From: an uncultured Acidimicrobiaceae bacterium
GTDB taxonomy: Bacteria > Actinomycetota > Acidimicrobiia > Acidimicrobiales > Aldehydirespiratoraceae
Assembly: GCA_913041415.1 (NCBI GenBank)
Contig: CAJWHS010000002.1
Location: 17,994-81,993, forward strand
Length of the DNA stretch: 64,000 nucleotides
Direction: 5' to 3'
This document shows positions 55,214 to 63,799 of this stretch, piece after piece. Positions within the stretch are counted from its first letter, which is position 1, and each line of letters begins with the position of its first letter. The notes beneath the pieces are model-generated. The model saw nothing but the letters and a program-made list of their open reading frames with translations. It did no database searches and was not told where the DNA came from. Made by a program: the position numbers and the translations under genes.

Positions 55214-56227
55214 ATGGCCTACCGGGCTGAATACCTGTGGATCGACGGCTCCGAGCCGACCCGTGAGATCCGCTCCAAGACCAAGATCCTCGCTGATGGC
55301 GACGAGCCCGGGATCTGGGGCTATGACGGCTCCAGCACCAATCAGGCCACCGGCGATAATTCCGACGTCGTCCTGAAGCCCGCCTTCCAGTGCCCGGATC
55401 CGATCCGCGGCGGTGACAATATTCTCGTGCTGTGCGAGACATTGCTCACCAGCGACATGTCGCCGCACCCCACCAACACCCGTGCCGGCGCCGTCGAGGC
55501 AATGGATAAGTACGGCGACCAGGAGCCCTGGTTCGGCCTCGAGCAGGAATACACCCTCCTCGACCCGATCACCGGTTGGCCGGCCGGCTTCCCTGCTGGC
55601 GGTTTCCCCGCTCCGCAGGGCCCGTACTACTGCGGCGTCGGTGCTGTGAAGATCCATGGCCGTGACCTCGTCGAAGAGCACACCACGGCGTGCATTGAGG
55701 CCGGCCTCGCCATCTCCGGCACCAACGCCGAGGTCATGCCCGGCCAGTGGGAGTTCCAGATCGGTCCGGCTGACACCGTCTCCGTCGGTGACCACCTGTG
55801 GATCGCCCGCTACCTCCTCTACCGTCTGGCTGAAGATCACGGCGTCGAGGTCTCGATCGAGGCCAAACCGATGAAGGGCGACTGGAACGGCGCTGGTATG
55901 CACACCAACTTCTCGACCAAGGCCATGCGTGAGGGCTACGACCCGATCATCGCCGCCTGCGAGGCGATGGGTGCCGAGGGTGTCCCCGAGAAGCACCTTG
56001 AGGGTTACGGCGTGGGCATCGAGGACCGTCTCACCGGTGCGCACGAGACCCAGCGTTTCGACCAGTTCAGCTACGGCGTCTCCGACCGCGGTGCTTCGAT
56101 CCGCATCCCGTGGCAGGTTGCGCAGGATCAGAAGGGCTACATCGAGGATCGTCGCCCCAACGCCAACGCCGACCCGTACGTGGTAGCGACCCTGCTGACC
56201 AACACGATCGGTGCCGCCCTAGCGTAA
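55214..56227 (+). CDS. glnII: Glutamine synthetase type II
   Basis: AEYLWIDG..GYDGSSTNQA..GPYYCGVGA..NAEVMPGQWEFQIGP. Confidence 0.9.
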   Translation: MAYRAEYLWIDGSEPTREIRSKTKILADGDEPGIWGYDGSSTNQATGDNSDVVLKPAFQCPDPIRGGDNILVLCETLLTSDMSPHPTNTRAGAVEAMDKYGDQEPWFGLEQEYTLLDPITGWPAGFPAGGFPAPQGPYYCGVGAVKIHGRDLVEEHTTACIEAGLAISGTNAEVMPGQWEFQIGPADTVSVGDHLWIARYLLYRLAEDHGVEVSIEAKPMKGDWNGAGMHTNFSTKAMREGYDPIIAACEAMGAEGVPEKHLEGYGVGIEDRLTGAHETQRFDQFSYGVSDRGASIRIPWQVAQDQKGYIEDRRPNANADPYVVATLLTNTIGAALA

Positions 56228-56272
56228 GTTCACCAAGGGCAGGACGTTTGCCTGCCGGGCAGCAAATCCTTA

Positions 56273-56302
56273 ACGGAGCCGCGCCCTCGGGTGCGGCTCC
56301 GT
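56273..56302 (+). terminator. Stem-loop after glnII (10-bp perfect stem ACGGAGCCGC / GCGGCTCCGT)
   Basis: Seen directly. 10-nt loop and no U-tract, which is common in high-GC actinobacteria. Confidence 0.5.
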
Positions 56303-56412
56303 CGCGTCTGCGGGCGTGGGCGAGCGCGCGTACTAAAACATCGACAAAACTGTCCTCGGCGTCGGTGTCGATGATCTGGACGGTATCGACACCACCTGAT
56401 GGGAGAACACCG

Positions 56413-57396
56413 ATGAACCGAATCACACGACTGCTCGTCTCGATCACCGCCCTTGCCCTCCTGGCGTCGGCGTGTGGAGGCGCTGACGACGAGGTCGCCG
56501 AAGCTGCGCCGACGACGGAGGTGCCGGCGACCATTGACGCCGAAGGCGATGCCGAGTCGACCGAGACCAGCGCTGCCCCAACGACCACGGAGGCGCCCGC
56601 CACGACTACCACGGAGGCGCCCGCCACGACGACCACCGAACCGCCGCCGCCCACCAATGGCGTTTTGGTTGCTTCTGAGGGAGTGCTTGGTTGGGTCATC
56701 GATGGCGTGCTCTTCGCGAACAACAACGGCGTTGCTCCGGCTGCTGCGGGCGATGAGTACCGCCTTCTTCGACCCGAAGGTGTCACCGGCACGGCCGTCG
56801 GCCCGGCTCCAGAGCTCGGTTGTATCGGTCTTGATACGCCCTTTGTCGATCTCGGCTTCTCCGCTGATTCGTGGCCCTACGACTTCCCGATCGGTGTCTC
56901 CGGTACCTGGGACCTGTTCCCACAGGCTGTCGAGGTCATGGCGACCGAGAACCAGATCTACAAGGACATCACCCGCGATCTTGTTGCCCAGTTCGGGGTT
57001 GACGATCCGGATCCGCAACTCCTGCAGGTGCTGCGCGTCGATCTCGAGGGTGATGGCGTCGACGAGGTCCTTGTCGTTGCCGAACGGCTCCAAGGCGGCG
57101 GACTGGCCGGCGCACAAGCCGGCGATTACAGCGTGGTCTATCTCCGAAAGGTGATCGGGGATGAGGTGCAGCAGCTGGTGCTTCGCCAATCCGCTCTCCA
57201 GAACCTGGCGCCGGATGAGTTTGGCTATCTCGAGGTGTTCCGGGTGCCGGCGGTGGCCGACCTCGACGGCGACGGTCAGATGGAGATCGCCACGCAGGGC
57301 TTCTATTACGAGGGCTCGTGGACCGAGATGTGGGAGTACGTGAACAACGACGAAGGCGAAACGGTGGCCGTGCTTTCCGTAGGCTGCGGTGCCTAG
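56413..57396 (+). CDS. Secreted lipoprotein with Thr/Pro-rich linker and DxDGDG (FG-GAP/VCBS-like) motifs
   Basis: MNRITRLLVSITALALLASAC lipobox. TTEAPATT repeat. VDLEGDGVDEV and ADLDGDGQMEI. Confidence 0.65.
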   Translation: MNRITRLLVSITALALLASACGGADDEVAEAAPTTEVPATIDAEGDAESTETSAAPTTTEAPATTTTEAPATTTTEPPPPTNGVLVASEGVLGWVIDGVLFANNNGVAPAAAGDEYRLLRPEGVTGTAVGPAPELGCIGLDTPFVDLGFSADSWPYDFPIGVSGTWDLFPQAVEVMATENQIYKDITRDLVAQFGVDDPDPQLLQVLRVDLEGDGVDEVLVVAERLQGGGLAGAQAGDYSVVYLRKVIGDEVQQLVLRQSALQNLAPDEFGYLEVFRVPAVADLDGDGQMEIATQGFYYEGSWTEMWEYVNNDEGETVAVLSVGCGA

Positions 57397-57492
57397 CCGC
57401 GCGCGAGACGGATCGACACGGCCCTCGTGATGCGCCGGCCTCGACGGAGCATCAGAGCAGTCGGTGGTCGGTCCACGCCGTAGGGTGAAGAC

Positions 57493-59220
57493 GTGGCCGA
57501 CACGCTTCGCATCGCGATTGCCCAACTCAATCCGACCGTCGGAGATCTCGACGGCAACGTCGCCAAGGCCCTCGCTATGGTCGAGCAAGCCGAAGCGGCC
57601 GACGCCGACCTCGTTCTGCTGCCCGAGATGACGATCACGGGCTACCCACCCGAGGATCTCGTCTTCAAGCCGGGCTTCATCGGTGATGTGCGTGCGTCGC
57701 TCGAGAAGTTCGCCGCTGGAACCGGCCGCTGCGCGGCGGTCGTCGGTTTCGTCGATAGTCCGAGCGTTGGTGGAGCCGACGGCGTCTGGAACGCGGCGGC
57801 TGTGTGTGCGGGCGGCAAGATCCACGGCGTCTACCACAAGCGCCACCTTCCCAATTACGACGTGTTCGACGAGCTGCGGCACTTCCGTCCTGGTGACGGG
57901 CCGCTTGAGCTCTTCGAGATCGCAGGCGTGCCGGTCGGCGTCACGATCTGCGAGGACTCGTGGATTCCTGACGGGCCGGTCATCCAACTCGCACGTGGAG
58001 GTGCCCGCATCGTCATGAACGTCAACGGTTCGCCGTTCCGGGTCGGCAAGCAGCACACCCGTGAGGACGTCATGGCGCAGCGGGTCGAGGAGTCGGGAAT
58101 TCCGGTCGTCTATGTCAACCTTGTCGGGGGGCAGGACGAACTCGTCTTCGATGGCGGATCATTCGCCGTTTCGCCGTCGGCTGACGGGCCGGTCGTCACC
58201 GCTCGCTGCGCAAGCTTCGTCGAGTCGCTCGACGTCTTCGACATCGCCGTGCCTGATAGCTGCCCCACGCATGACCGCTATCCGACGATCTCGGTCACGC
58301 CGGCCGTCACCCACATCCGGACTCCGATGGCTGCTCCCGTCGCAGAGCCGCTCGACGAACTCGCCGAGATCTGGGAAACCCTTGTCCTCGGCGCTCGCGA
58401 TTATGTGCGCAAGTCCGGGTTCACCAAGGCCTGCCTCGGGCTCTCCGGTGGTGTCGATTCCTCGATCGTCGCCACCGTCGCCACTGAAGCGCTCGGCCCC
58501 GAGAACGTTCTCGGCGTGCTGATGCCCTCCCGCTACTCGAGTGACCACTCGATCTCCGACGCCGAACAACTCGCAACGAATCTCGGTATCGCCACCTACA
58601 CCGTCCCGATCGAACCGGCTCATCAGGCCTTAACCGGGATGCTGGTCCCGAACCTCGCCGATCAGCAGATCGACGTCGGCAATCTCACCGATCAGAACCT
58701 GCAGTCTCGTATTCGCGGCGTGATCTTGATGGCGATGGCCAATGAGCACGATTGGCTCGTGCTCACGACCGGCAACAAGTCCGAGGCAGCGGTCGGCTAC
58801 TCCACGCTCTACGGCGACACCGCCGGCGCCTACGCTGTGATCCGCGATGTCTGGAAACTCACCGTCTACGACCTGTGCACCTGGCGCAATGAGGTCGCCG
58901 GTCGAGCGATCATCCCGACCAATGTGCTCACCAAGCCGCCATCGGCCGAACTCAAGCCCGATCAGCGCGACGATCAGTCGTTGCCCGACTACGAGATCCT
59001 CGATCCGATCCTGCGGGCGTACGTCGAGGGTGACCACACCGTCGCTGAAATCCGGGCGATGGATTTCAAGGGTGCCGATCCGGAGACCGTGCAGCGGGTG
59101 TGTCGCCTGGTCGACATCGCCGAGTTCAAGCGCCGCCAGACCCCGCTCGGCACCCGGGTCACCGGCAAGGCATTCGGACGTGACCGGCGGGTTCCCATCA
59201 TCAATCGGTACCGCGGATGA
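57493..59220 (+). CDS. nadE: Glutamine-dependent NAD+ synthetase
   Basis: N-terminal CN-hydrolase domain (LRIAIAQLNP..LLPEM) plus a synthetase domain (GLSGGVDSS). Confidence 0.9.
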   Translation: MADTLRIAIAQLNPTVGDLDGNVAKALAMVEQAEAADADLVLLPEMTITGYPPEDLVFKPGFIGDVRASLEKFAAGTGRCAAVVGFVDSPSVGGADGVWNAAAVCAGGKIHGVYHKRHLPNYDVFDELRHFRPGDGPLELFEIAGVPVGVTICEDSWIPDGPVIQLARGGARIVMNVNGSPFRVGKQHTREDVMAQRVEESGIPVVYVNLVGGQDELVFDGGSFAVSPSADGPVVTARCASFVESLDVFDIAVPDSCPTHDRYPTISVTPAVTHIRTPMAAPVAEPLDELAEIWETLVLGARDYVRKSGFTKACLGLSGGVDSSIVATVATEALGPENVLGVLMPSRYSSDHSISDAEQLATNLGIATYTVPIEPAHQALTGMLVPNLADQQIDVGNLTDQNLQSRIRGVILMAMANEHDWLVLTTGNKSEAAVGYSTLYGDTAGAYAVIRDVWKLTVYDLCTWRNEVAGRAIIPTNVLTKPPSAELKPDQRDDQSLPDYEILDPILRAYVEGDHTVAEIRAMDFKGADPETVQRVCRLVDIAEFKRRQTPLGTRVTGKAFGRDRRVPIINRYRG

Positions 59221-59322
59221 GCGCCTCGACCTACGTCGTCGAAAACACGTGCATGCCCGACGGTTGTTCGCAGCCGCGCGATGGGTACGCTGCTCAACGG
59301 CGGAAGTTTGAGGAGGTCTTCG

Positions 59323-60261
59323 GTGGCGAAGGAACGTGTTGAACGAGACGAAGAAGACCTCGTTCGGCTCTACCTGACCGATATAGGCCAGTACCCCCTG
59401 CTGACGAAGGAAGACGAGGTTCGCCTCGCTCAGGCCATCGAAGCAGGCGCCGAAGCGCGCGCCGAGTTTGAGAGCATCGACACCGAACTAACTCCCGCCA
59501 AGAAACGCGAACTCCGTCGAGCGATGCAGAAGGGCGAGCAGGCCGAGCGCACGTTCGTGCAGTCGAACCTGCGCCTCGTCGTCTCGATCGCCAAGAAGTA
59601 CCAGGCCTCTGGCCTGCCGCTGCTCGACCTCATCCAAGAGGGCAACCTCGGCCTGATGCACGCCGTCGAGAAGTTCGACTGGCGCAAGGGCTTCAAGTTC
59701 TCCACGTACGCCACCTGGTGGATCCGTCAGGCGATCACTCGTGGTATTGCCAACACCGGTCGCACCATCCGCTTGCCCGTGCACGCCGGCGACACCCTCG
59801 CTCGCCTCCAGAAGGCTCGTGCCCGCCTAGAGCTGAAGTACGGCCGCCCGGCCACCCTTTCCGAACTCGCTGCCGAGGTTGAGATGCCGGAAGAGAAGGT
59901 CACCGAGGCGCTTCGCTTCGCCGCCGAGCCGTTGTCACTCTCCGAGCCGTTGCGCGAAGACGGCGACGCCGAACTCGGCGATGTGGTGGAGGACCGCGGT
60001 GCCGACTCGCCCTTCGAAGTGGCCGCCACGGCGCTCCTCCCCGAGGAAATTGCTCGCCTGCTCGCCCCGCTCGACGAGCGAGAGCGCGAGATCCTGAAGC
60101 TCCGCTTCGGTCTCGACCGAGGCGAGCCTCGCACCCTGGAAGAGGTCGGCGAGCACTTCAATCTCACCCGTGAGCGCATTCGTCAGATCGAGGCCCGGGC
60201 GATGTCGAAGCTGCGTCACCCGTCGTCTGACACGGGCGCCCGCGATCTGCTGAGCGTCTGA
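59323..60261 (+). CDS. RpoD-family (group 1/2, SigB-like) sigma-70 factor
   Basis: GTG 59323 lies 6 nt after AGGAGG. DLVRLYLTDIGQYPLL, NLRLVVSIAKKY, STYATWWIRQAITR, NLTRERIRQIEARA. Confidence 0.85.
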   Translation: MAKERVERDEEDLVRLYLTDIGQYPLLTKEDEVRLAQAIEAGAEARAEFESIDTELTPAKKRELRRAMQKGEQAERTFVQSNLRLVVSIAKKYQASGLPLLDLIQEGNLGLMHAVEKFDWRKGFKFSTYATWWIRQAITRGIANTGRTIRLPVHAGDTLARLQKARARLELKYGRPATLSELAAEVEMPEEKVTEALRFAAEPLSLSEPLREDGDAELGDVVEDRGADSPFEVAATALLPEEIARLLAPLDEREREILKLRFGLDRGEPRTLEEVGEHFNLTRERIRQIEARAMSKLRHPSSDTGARDLLSV

Positions 60262-60266
60262 TCTCT

Positions 60267-60782
60267 GTGGGAGTCCAGGCAGCGCTTGGCTACCAGCACA
60301 AGGCGGCCAATCCCGTCCAGCGCGCCATGCGTTCGGTGGCGGGCTCGAAGCCGGGTGCCGTCTTCTTTTCGAAAACGCTCCAGCCGATCGACGGCGCCGT
60401 TCAAAAGCTCACCGGCAACATGACGACCGCCACCGAACTGTTGGCTGGTCTGCCTGTTGTCTACCTCACGACGGTTGGCCGCAAGTCCGGCCAGCCGCGC
60501 TGCACACCCTTGATCGGTGTGCCGATCGGCGACGATCTCGCCCTGCTCGGCACCAACTTCGGCGGCGAGCGCACACCGGGCTGGGTCTTCAACCTCGAGG
60601 TCGAACCGCGCGTCAAGCTGGGGTACCGCACCACCGAGATCGATGTGGGGGCACGCTCCGCCACCGCCGATGAGTTCGAAGCTGTGTTCGCGGCTGGTGG
60701 TTCGATTTACGGCGGCTACACGAAGTACCGAAAGCGGGTCGGCGGGCGCGACATTCGGGTTTTTGTGCTCGAACAGGCCTGA
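60267..60782 (+). CDS. Nitroreductase/quinone-reductase family protein (deazaflavin-dependent, DDN-like)
   Basis: PVVYLTTVGRKSGQPRCTPL..GGERTPGWVFNLEVEP. Confidence 0.7.
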   Translation: MGVQAALGYQHKAANPVQRAMRSVAGSKPGAVFFSKTLQPIDGAVQKLTGNMTTATELLAGLPVVYLTTVGRKSGQPRCTPLIGVPIGDDLALLGTNFGGERTPGWVFNLEVEPRVKLGYRTTEIDVGARSATADEFEAVFAAGGSIYGGYTKYRKRVGGRDIRVFVLEQA

Positions 60783-60853
60783 ACGCAACCGGCCACTTGA
60801 CGTCGACCCCGAGCCCGCTGCTCCTGCGACTCGCGCCCGGGTGGGAGAGCGGG

Positions 60854-60949
60854 TGGCGGAGGTGGACGGGAATCGAACCCGCCGGACAGGGATCACCCAT
60901 CCCACCCGCTTTGAAGGCGGGGGAGCCCACCAGGCGCTCGGACACCTCC
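60854..60949 (-). tRNA. selC: tRNA-Sec (selenocysteine, anticodon UCA)
   Basis: 96 nt including CCA: GGAGGTGTCCGAGCGCCTGGTGGGCTCCCCCGCCTTCAAAGCGGGTGGGATGGGTGATCCCTGTCCGGCGGGTTCGATTCCCGTCCACCTCCGCCA. Anticodon stem CCCGC/GCGGG flanks the loop CTTCAAA, which is identical to E. coli selC. Long variable arm (GGGAT-GGGTG-ATCCC). Acceptor plus T helices total 13 bp. TTCGATT T-loop. Confidence 0.8.
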
Positions 60950-61029
60950 AGCGATGACGTTATCGGCGTGCCTGACGTCACCGACGCCGTGATGGGGCAT
61001 CTTCGGCGGAGGTAGGTAGCGTCAGTCGC

Positions 61030-61110
61030 ATGTCGAAGAACCGCAAGTTCCTCTTCGTTGCCCTCGCGGCTCTGCTCGCCGTCCTGGCGCGCAAGGTCCG
61101 CGACGTCTGA
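61030..61110 (+). CDS. Candidate 26-aa single-TM small protein
   Basis: MSKNRKFLFVALAALLAVLARKVRDV. Very high GC3. No convincing RBS. Confidence 0.3.
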   Translation: MSKNRKFLFVALAALLAVLARKVRDV

Positions 61111-61164
61111 CCGTTCCCTCCGGAGCCGGCGGATCGCCGAAGGCATCGCTAGGTCGATCGGCCG

Positions 61165-62454
61165 CTACTCCTCGCGGTCCTCAGGTCCGAAGTCCTCCCA
61201 GCGCAGTGTCGGTTCCTCGGCGGGGGCGCTGTCTGACGACGGGAGAGTGGGGGACGCTGCGCCGGTAACGACGAGTGCGGCCATCGCCGTGGTGAGGGGT
61301 ACCGCAGCGACGAGCCCGATCGAGCCACAGAGGGTGCGGACGATCTCGACGGCGACTACCTCGGTGTTGGCGACGTTGGCGAGCGACTGATCCGAAACCG
61401 AGAACAACAAAAGGATCGGCAGGCTGGCGCCGGCGTATGCCAACAGCAAGGTGTTGACCGTTGACGCGATGTGCTCGCGCCCGACCCGGATGCCCGAAGC
61501 CACGAGCTCCGACACGGTGAGATCGGGCCGACGGTCATGGATCTCCGACACGGCAGCCACCTGTGTGACCGTGATGTCGTCAAGCGCGCCGAGCGTGCCG
61601 ATCACTGCACCACCAAGAAGGAGGCCAGCGAGGTCAATGTCGCCGGCCAAGAAGGGGAGGAGCAGGTTCTCCTCGGCGCCGAAGCCGGTGATGCGAGTTA
61701 GATCGAAGAAGACCCACGAGAGCGCCAGGGTCAGGAACAACGAACCGAGCGTGCCGGCCAACGCCACCGTCGTGGTGGGTGAGACGCCGTGCGTGAGGTA
61801 GAGCGTGACGAAGGCGATCACGGCTGCGGCAACGACGGCAACCGCAACCGGGTCGTTGCCGTCAAGGACCGACGGGGCGATGAAGACCACCAAGACGAAC
61901 ACGGTGACGGCCATCGAGGCGAGTGCCATGAGGCCGCGGCGGCGCCCGAGCGCGAACACGACAATTGCGAACAGGATCGCCAGCCACACCAGCGGCGCTT
62001 GCCGATCAAGGTCGGCATAGAAGTAGGCGTTGGTTGCCGGCTCGAAGCCGAGAATGATCGTGTCGCCGGGGCCGAGGTCCGGGATGCCGCTCTGGAACTC
62101 GGTGTTGATCTCCGGAAGGATAATGAGCGAATCGTCCTCTGGTCCGCTGGTGAGGATAGCCGTGATCTCGCGACACTCCTGCGGGTTCTCAGTAGAGGAG
62201 TAGCTGCACGGGCCGACGGTCTGCTCCTCGACGGTGGCACTCACCCGCTCGGTGACGAGTCCGAGGTCGGCGGCGTTCGAGATCGCTGCATCTCGGCCCT
62301 CGCCAGTGGGCCACAGCACGATGACGGCGACGATGGTGGCCACGGCGGCGAATGTGACGGCGACGAGCACAGCGCGAAGGGTCGGGACGGCGAGCCAGCG
62401 TTCCCAGCCGCCCGTCATCCCGTGACCATGCGTGTGCGTGTGTCCGTCGTTCAT
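61165..62454 (-). CDS. YibE/F-family membrane protein with His-rich N-terminus
   Basis: Start MNDGHTHTHGHGM at 62454 (ATGA overlap with the HAD gene). GALDDITVTQ and TLLLAYAG motifs. Confidence 0.75.
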   Translation of the reverse strand: MNDGHTHTHGHGMTGGWERWLAVPTLRAVLVAVTFAAVATIVAVIVLWPTGEGRDAAISNAADLGLVTERVSATVEEQTVGPCSYSSTENPQECREITAILTSGPEDDSLIILPEINTEFQSGIPDLGPGDTIILGFEPATNAYFYADLDRQAPLVWLAILFAIVVFALGRRRGLMALASMAVTVFVLVVFIAPSVLDGNDPVAVAVVAAAVIAFVTLYLTHGVSPTTTVALAGTLGSLFLTLALSWVFFDLTRITGFGAEENLLLPFLAGDIDLAGLLLGGAVIGTLGALDDITVTQVAAVSEIHDRRPDLTVSELVASGIRVGREHIASTVNTLLLAYAGASLPILLLFSVSDQSLANVANTEVVAVEIVRTLCGSIGLVAAVPLTTAMAALVVTGAASPTLPSSDSAPAEEPTLRWEDFGPEDREE

Positions 62455-63266
62455 CGGCGTCGCCCCATCGGCTTGCGGGTTTTCCACCACAGCAGACTGC
62501 CGGCCAGCGTTGCGGCGCCAAGCGCGCCGAGTGTCATCGGCTTCGGGGGTCGAACGCCTCGGCCCTCGACGAGGGGTTGCGGACGTTCGAACACCCGAAT
62601 CTCCCAACCCCGGCTGGTGGCCTCCTTGAGAAGGGCCCGGTCGGGGTTCACGGCGACTGGGTGGCCGACCGTCTCGAGCATCGGGAGATCGGTGACCGAG
62701 TCGGAATAGGCAAACGAACCGTCGAGGTCGAGGTCGTAGCGTTCGGCTTGCTCGAGGATGGCGGCGACCTTGTGCTCGCCGGCGGCATAGAACTCGACCT
62801 CGCCCGTGTATCGACCTTTGGCGTCGATCTTGGCCCGGCTCGCGATCGCAGCATCGACCCCGAGGTGGCGAGCGAGCGGCATCACGATCTCCTCCGGCGA
62901 GGCGGACACGAGGTACACCCGACGTCCGGCCTCTTGATGGGATTCGATGAGCTCAACCGCTTCGGTGTACACCAACGGATCGATGACGTCGGTCAGTGCG
63001 CCGTCGACCAGGTTGGAGATCTTCTTCTTCTCCCACCCGGCCGCGACCTTGAGCGCCGTCTCGCGCATCTTCACCATGCGGCCCTCGTCGGCGCCGAGGT
63101 AGCGGAACACGATCTGGCCCCATAGCGCCCGAACGACCAGCCAACGGTTGAGCATCCCCTCCTGGTGCAGGCGGGGACCGAACGCCAGCATCGCTGCTTT
63201 GGCGATGACGGTCTTATCAAGATCGAAGAAGGCGGCCTCGGTCACGTTGGCATCGTAGAAGGCCAT
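62451..63266 (-). CDS. HAD-IB family hydrolase with C-terminal TM tail
   Basis: AAFFDLDKTVI..LVSASPEE..AYSDSVTDLPML. Confidence 0.8.
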   Translation of the reverse strand: MAFYDANVTEAAFFDLDKTVIAKAAMLAFGPRLHQEGMLNRWLVVRALWGQIVFRYLGADEGRMVKMRETALKVAAGWEKKKISNLVDGALTDVIDPLVYTEAVELIESHQEAGRRVYLVSASPEEIVMPLARHLGVDAAIASRAKIDAKGRYTGEVEFYAAGEHKVAAILEQAERYDLDLDGSFAYSDSVTDLPMLETVGHPVAVNPDRALLKEATSRGWEIRVFERPQPLVEGRGVRPPKPMTLGALGAATLAGSLLWWKTRKPMGRRR

Positions 63267-63320
63267 GCTTAGTGTCGACTCGCGAGTTCCCCGTCGAGCC
63301 CCTGTTCCGGGAGAAACGTC

Positions 63321-63611
63321 GTGTTCGTTATCTGTCGATCGCCCATGGGCGGCGTCGGCACGTCAGTCGTGGCCGCAGCGCTCGCGCTCCGCCACGCCCA
63401 TGCCGGTCACCCCATGGTCCGCGTCGACCTTGCCGGGGACCAACTCGACCTCCTCGGTGTGGCGCCGCCGGCGTCGCTCGGGATCGGCGTCGCCACCGCC
63501 GTGCTCGCTGTCATCGAGGTGGGGTTGTTGGTGCACGCTTGGGTGATGGTCACCCACGCCGCCCGCGAGGGCGGTCGTTGCGACGGGTCGGCGGCTGCTA
63601 CAGCGCCTTGA
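63321..63611 (+). CDS. Short CpaE/Ssd-like fragment with degenerate P-loop (GGVGTS)
   Basis: VFVICRSPMGGVGTSVVAAALAL..VRVDLAGDQLDLLG, then the similarity stops. 96 codons compared with about 350 in full-length homologs. Confidence 0.3.
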   Translation: MFVICRSPMGGVGTSVVAAALALRHAHAGHPMVRVDLAGDQLDLLGVAPPASLGIGVATAVLAVIEVGLLVHAWVMVTHAAREGGRCDGSAAATAP

Positions 63612-63799
63612 GGTCGACGCGGTGCCCGGCGGCGGCCGGGTCACCGTGGTGGTGCGTTTCGACGCGCCGACCAACGTGCCCATCATCGGGGCGCTGGTGG
63701 GTGATCTCGCCCTCGACGCCGGGGCACGATGCGCCTGGAGCGGTGATGGCCCGACATGGAGCCCTGGTAGATTGGTCGTGGTCGGGAGGGATCAGTGGC

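Noticed and set aside
56230-58056. 608-aa minus-strand ORF
   Set aside because: Antisense to the lipoprotein gene and nadE. It crosses their intergenic region and has no motifs.
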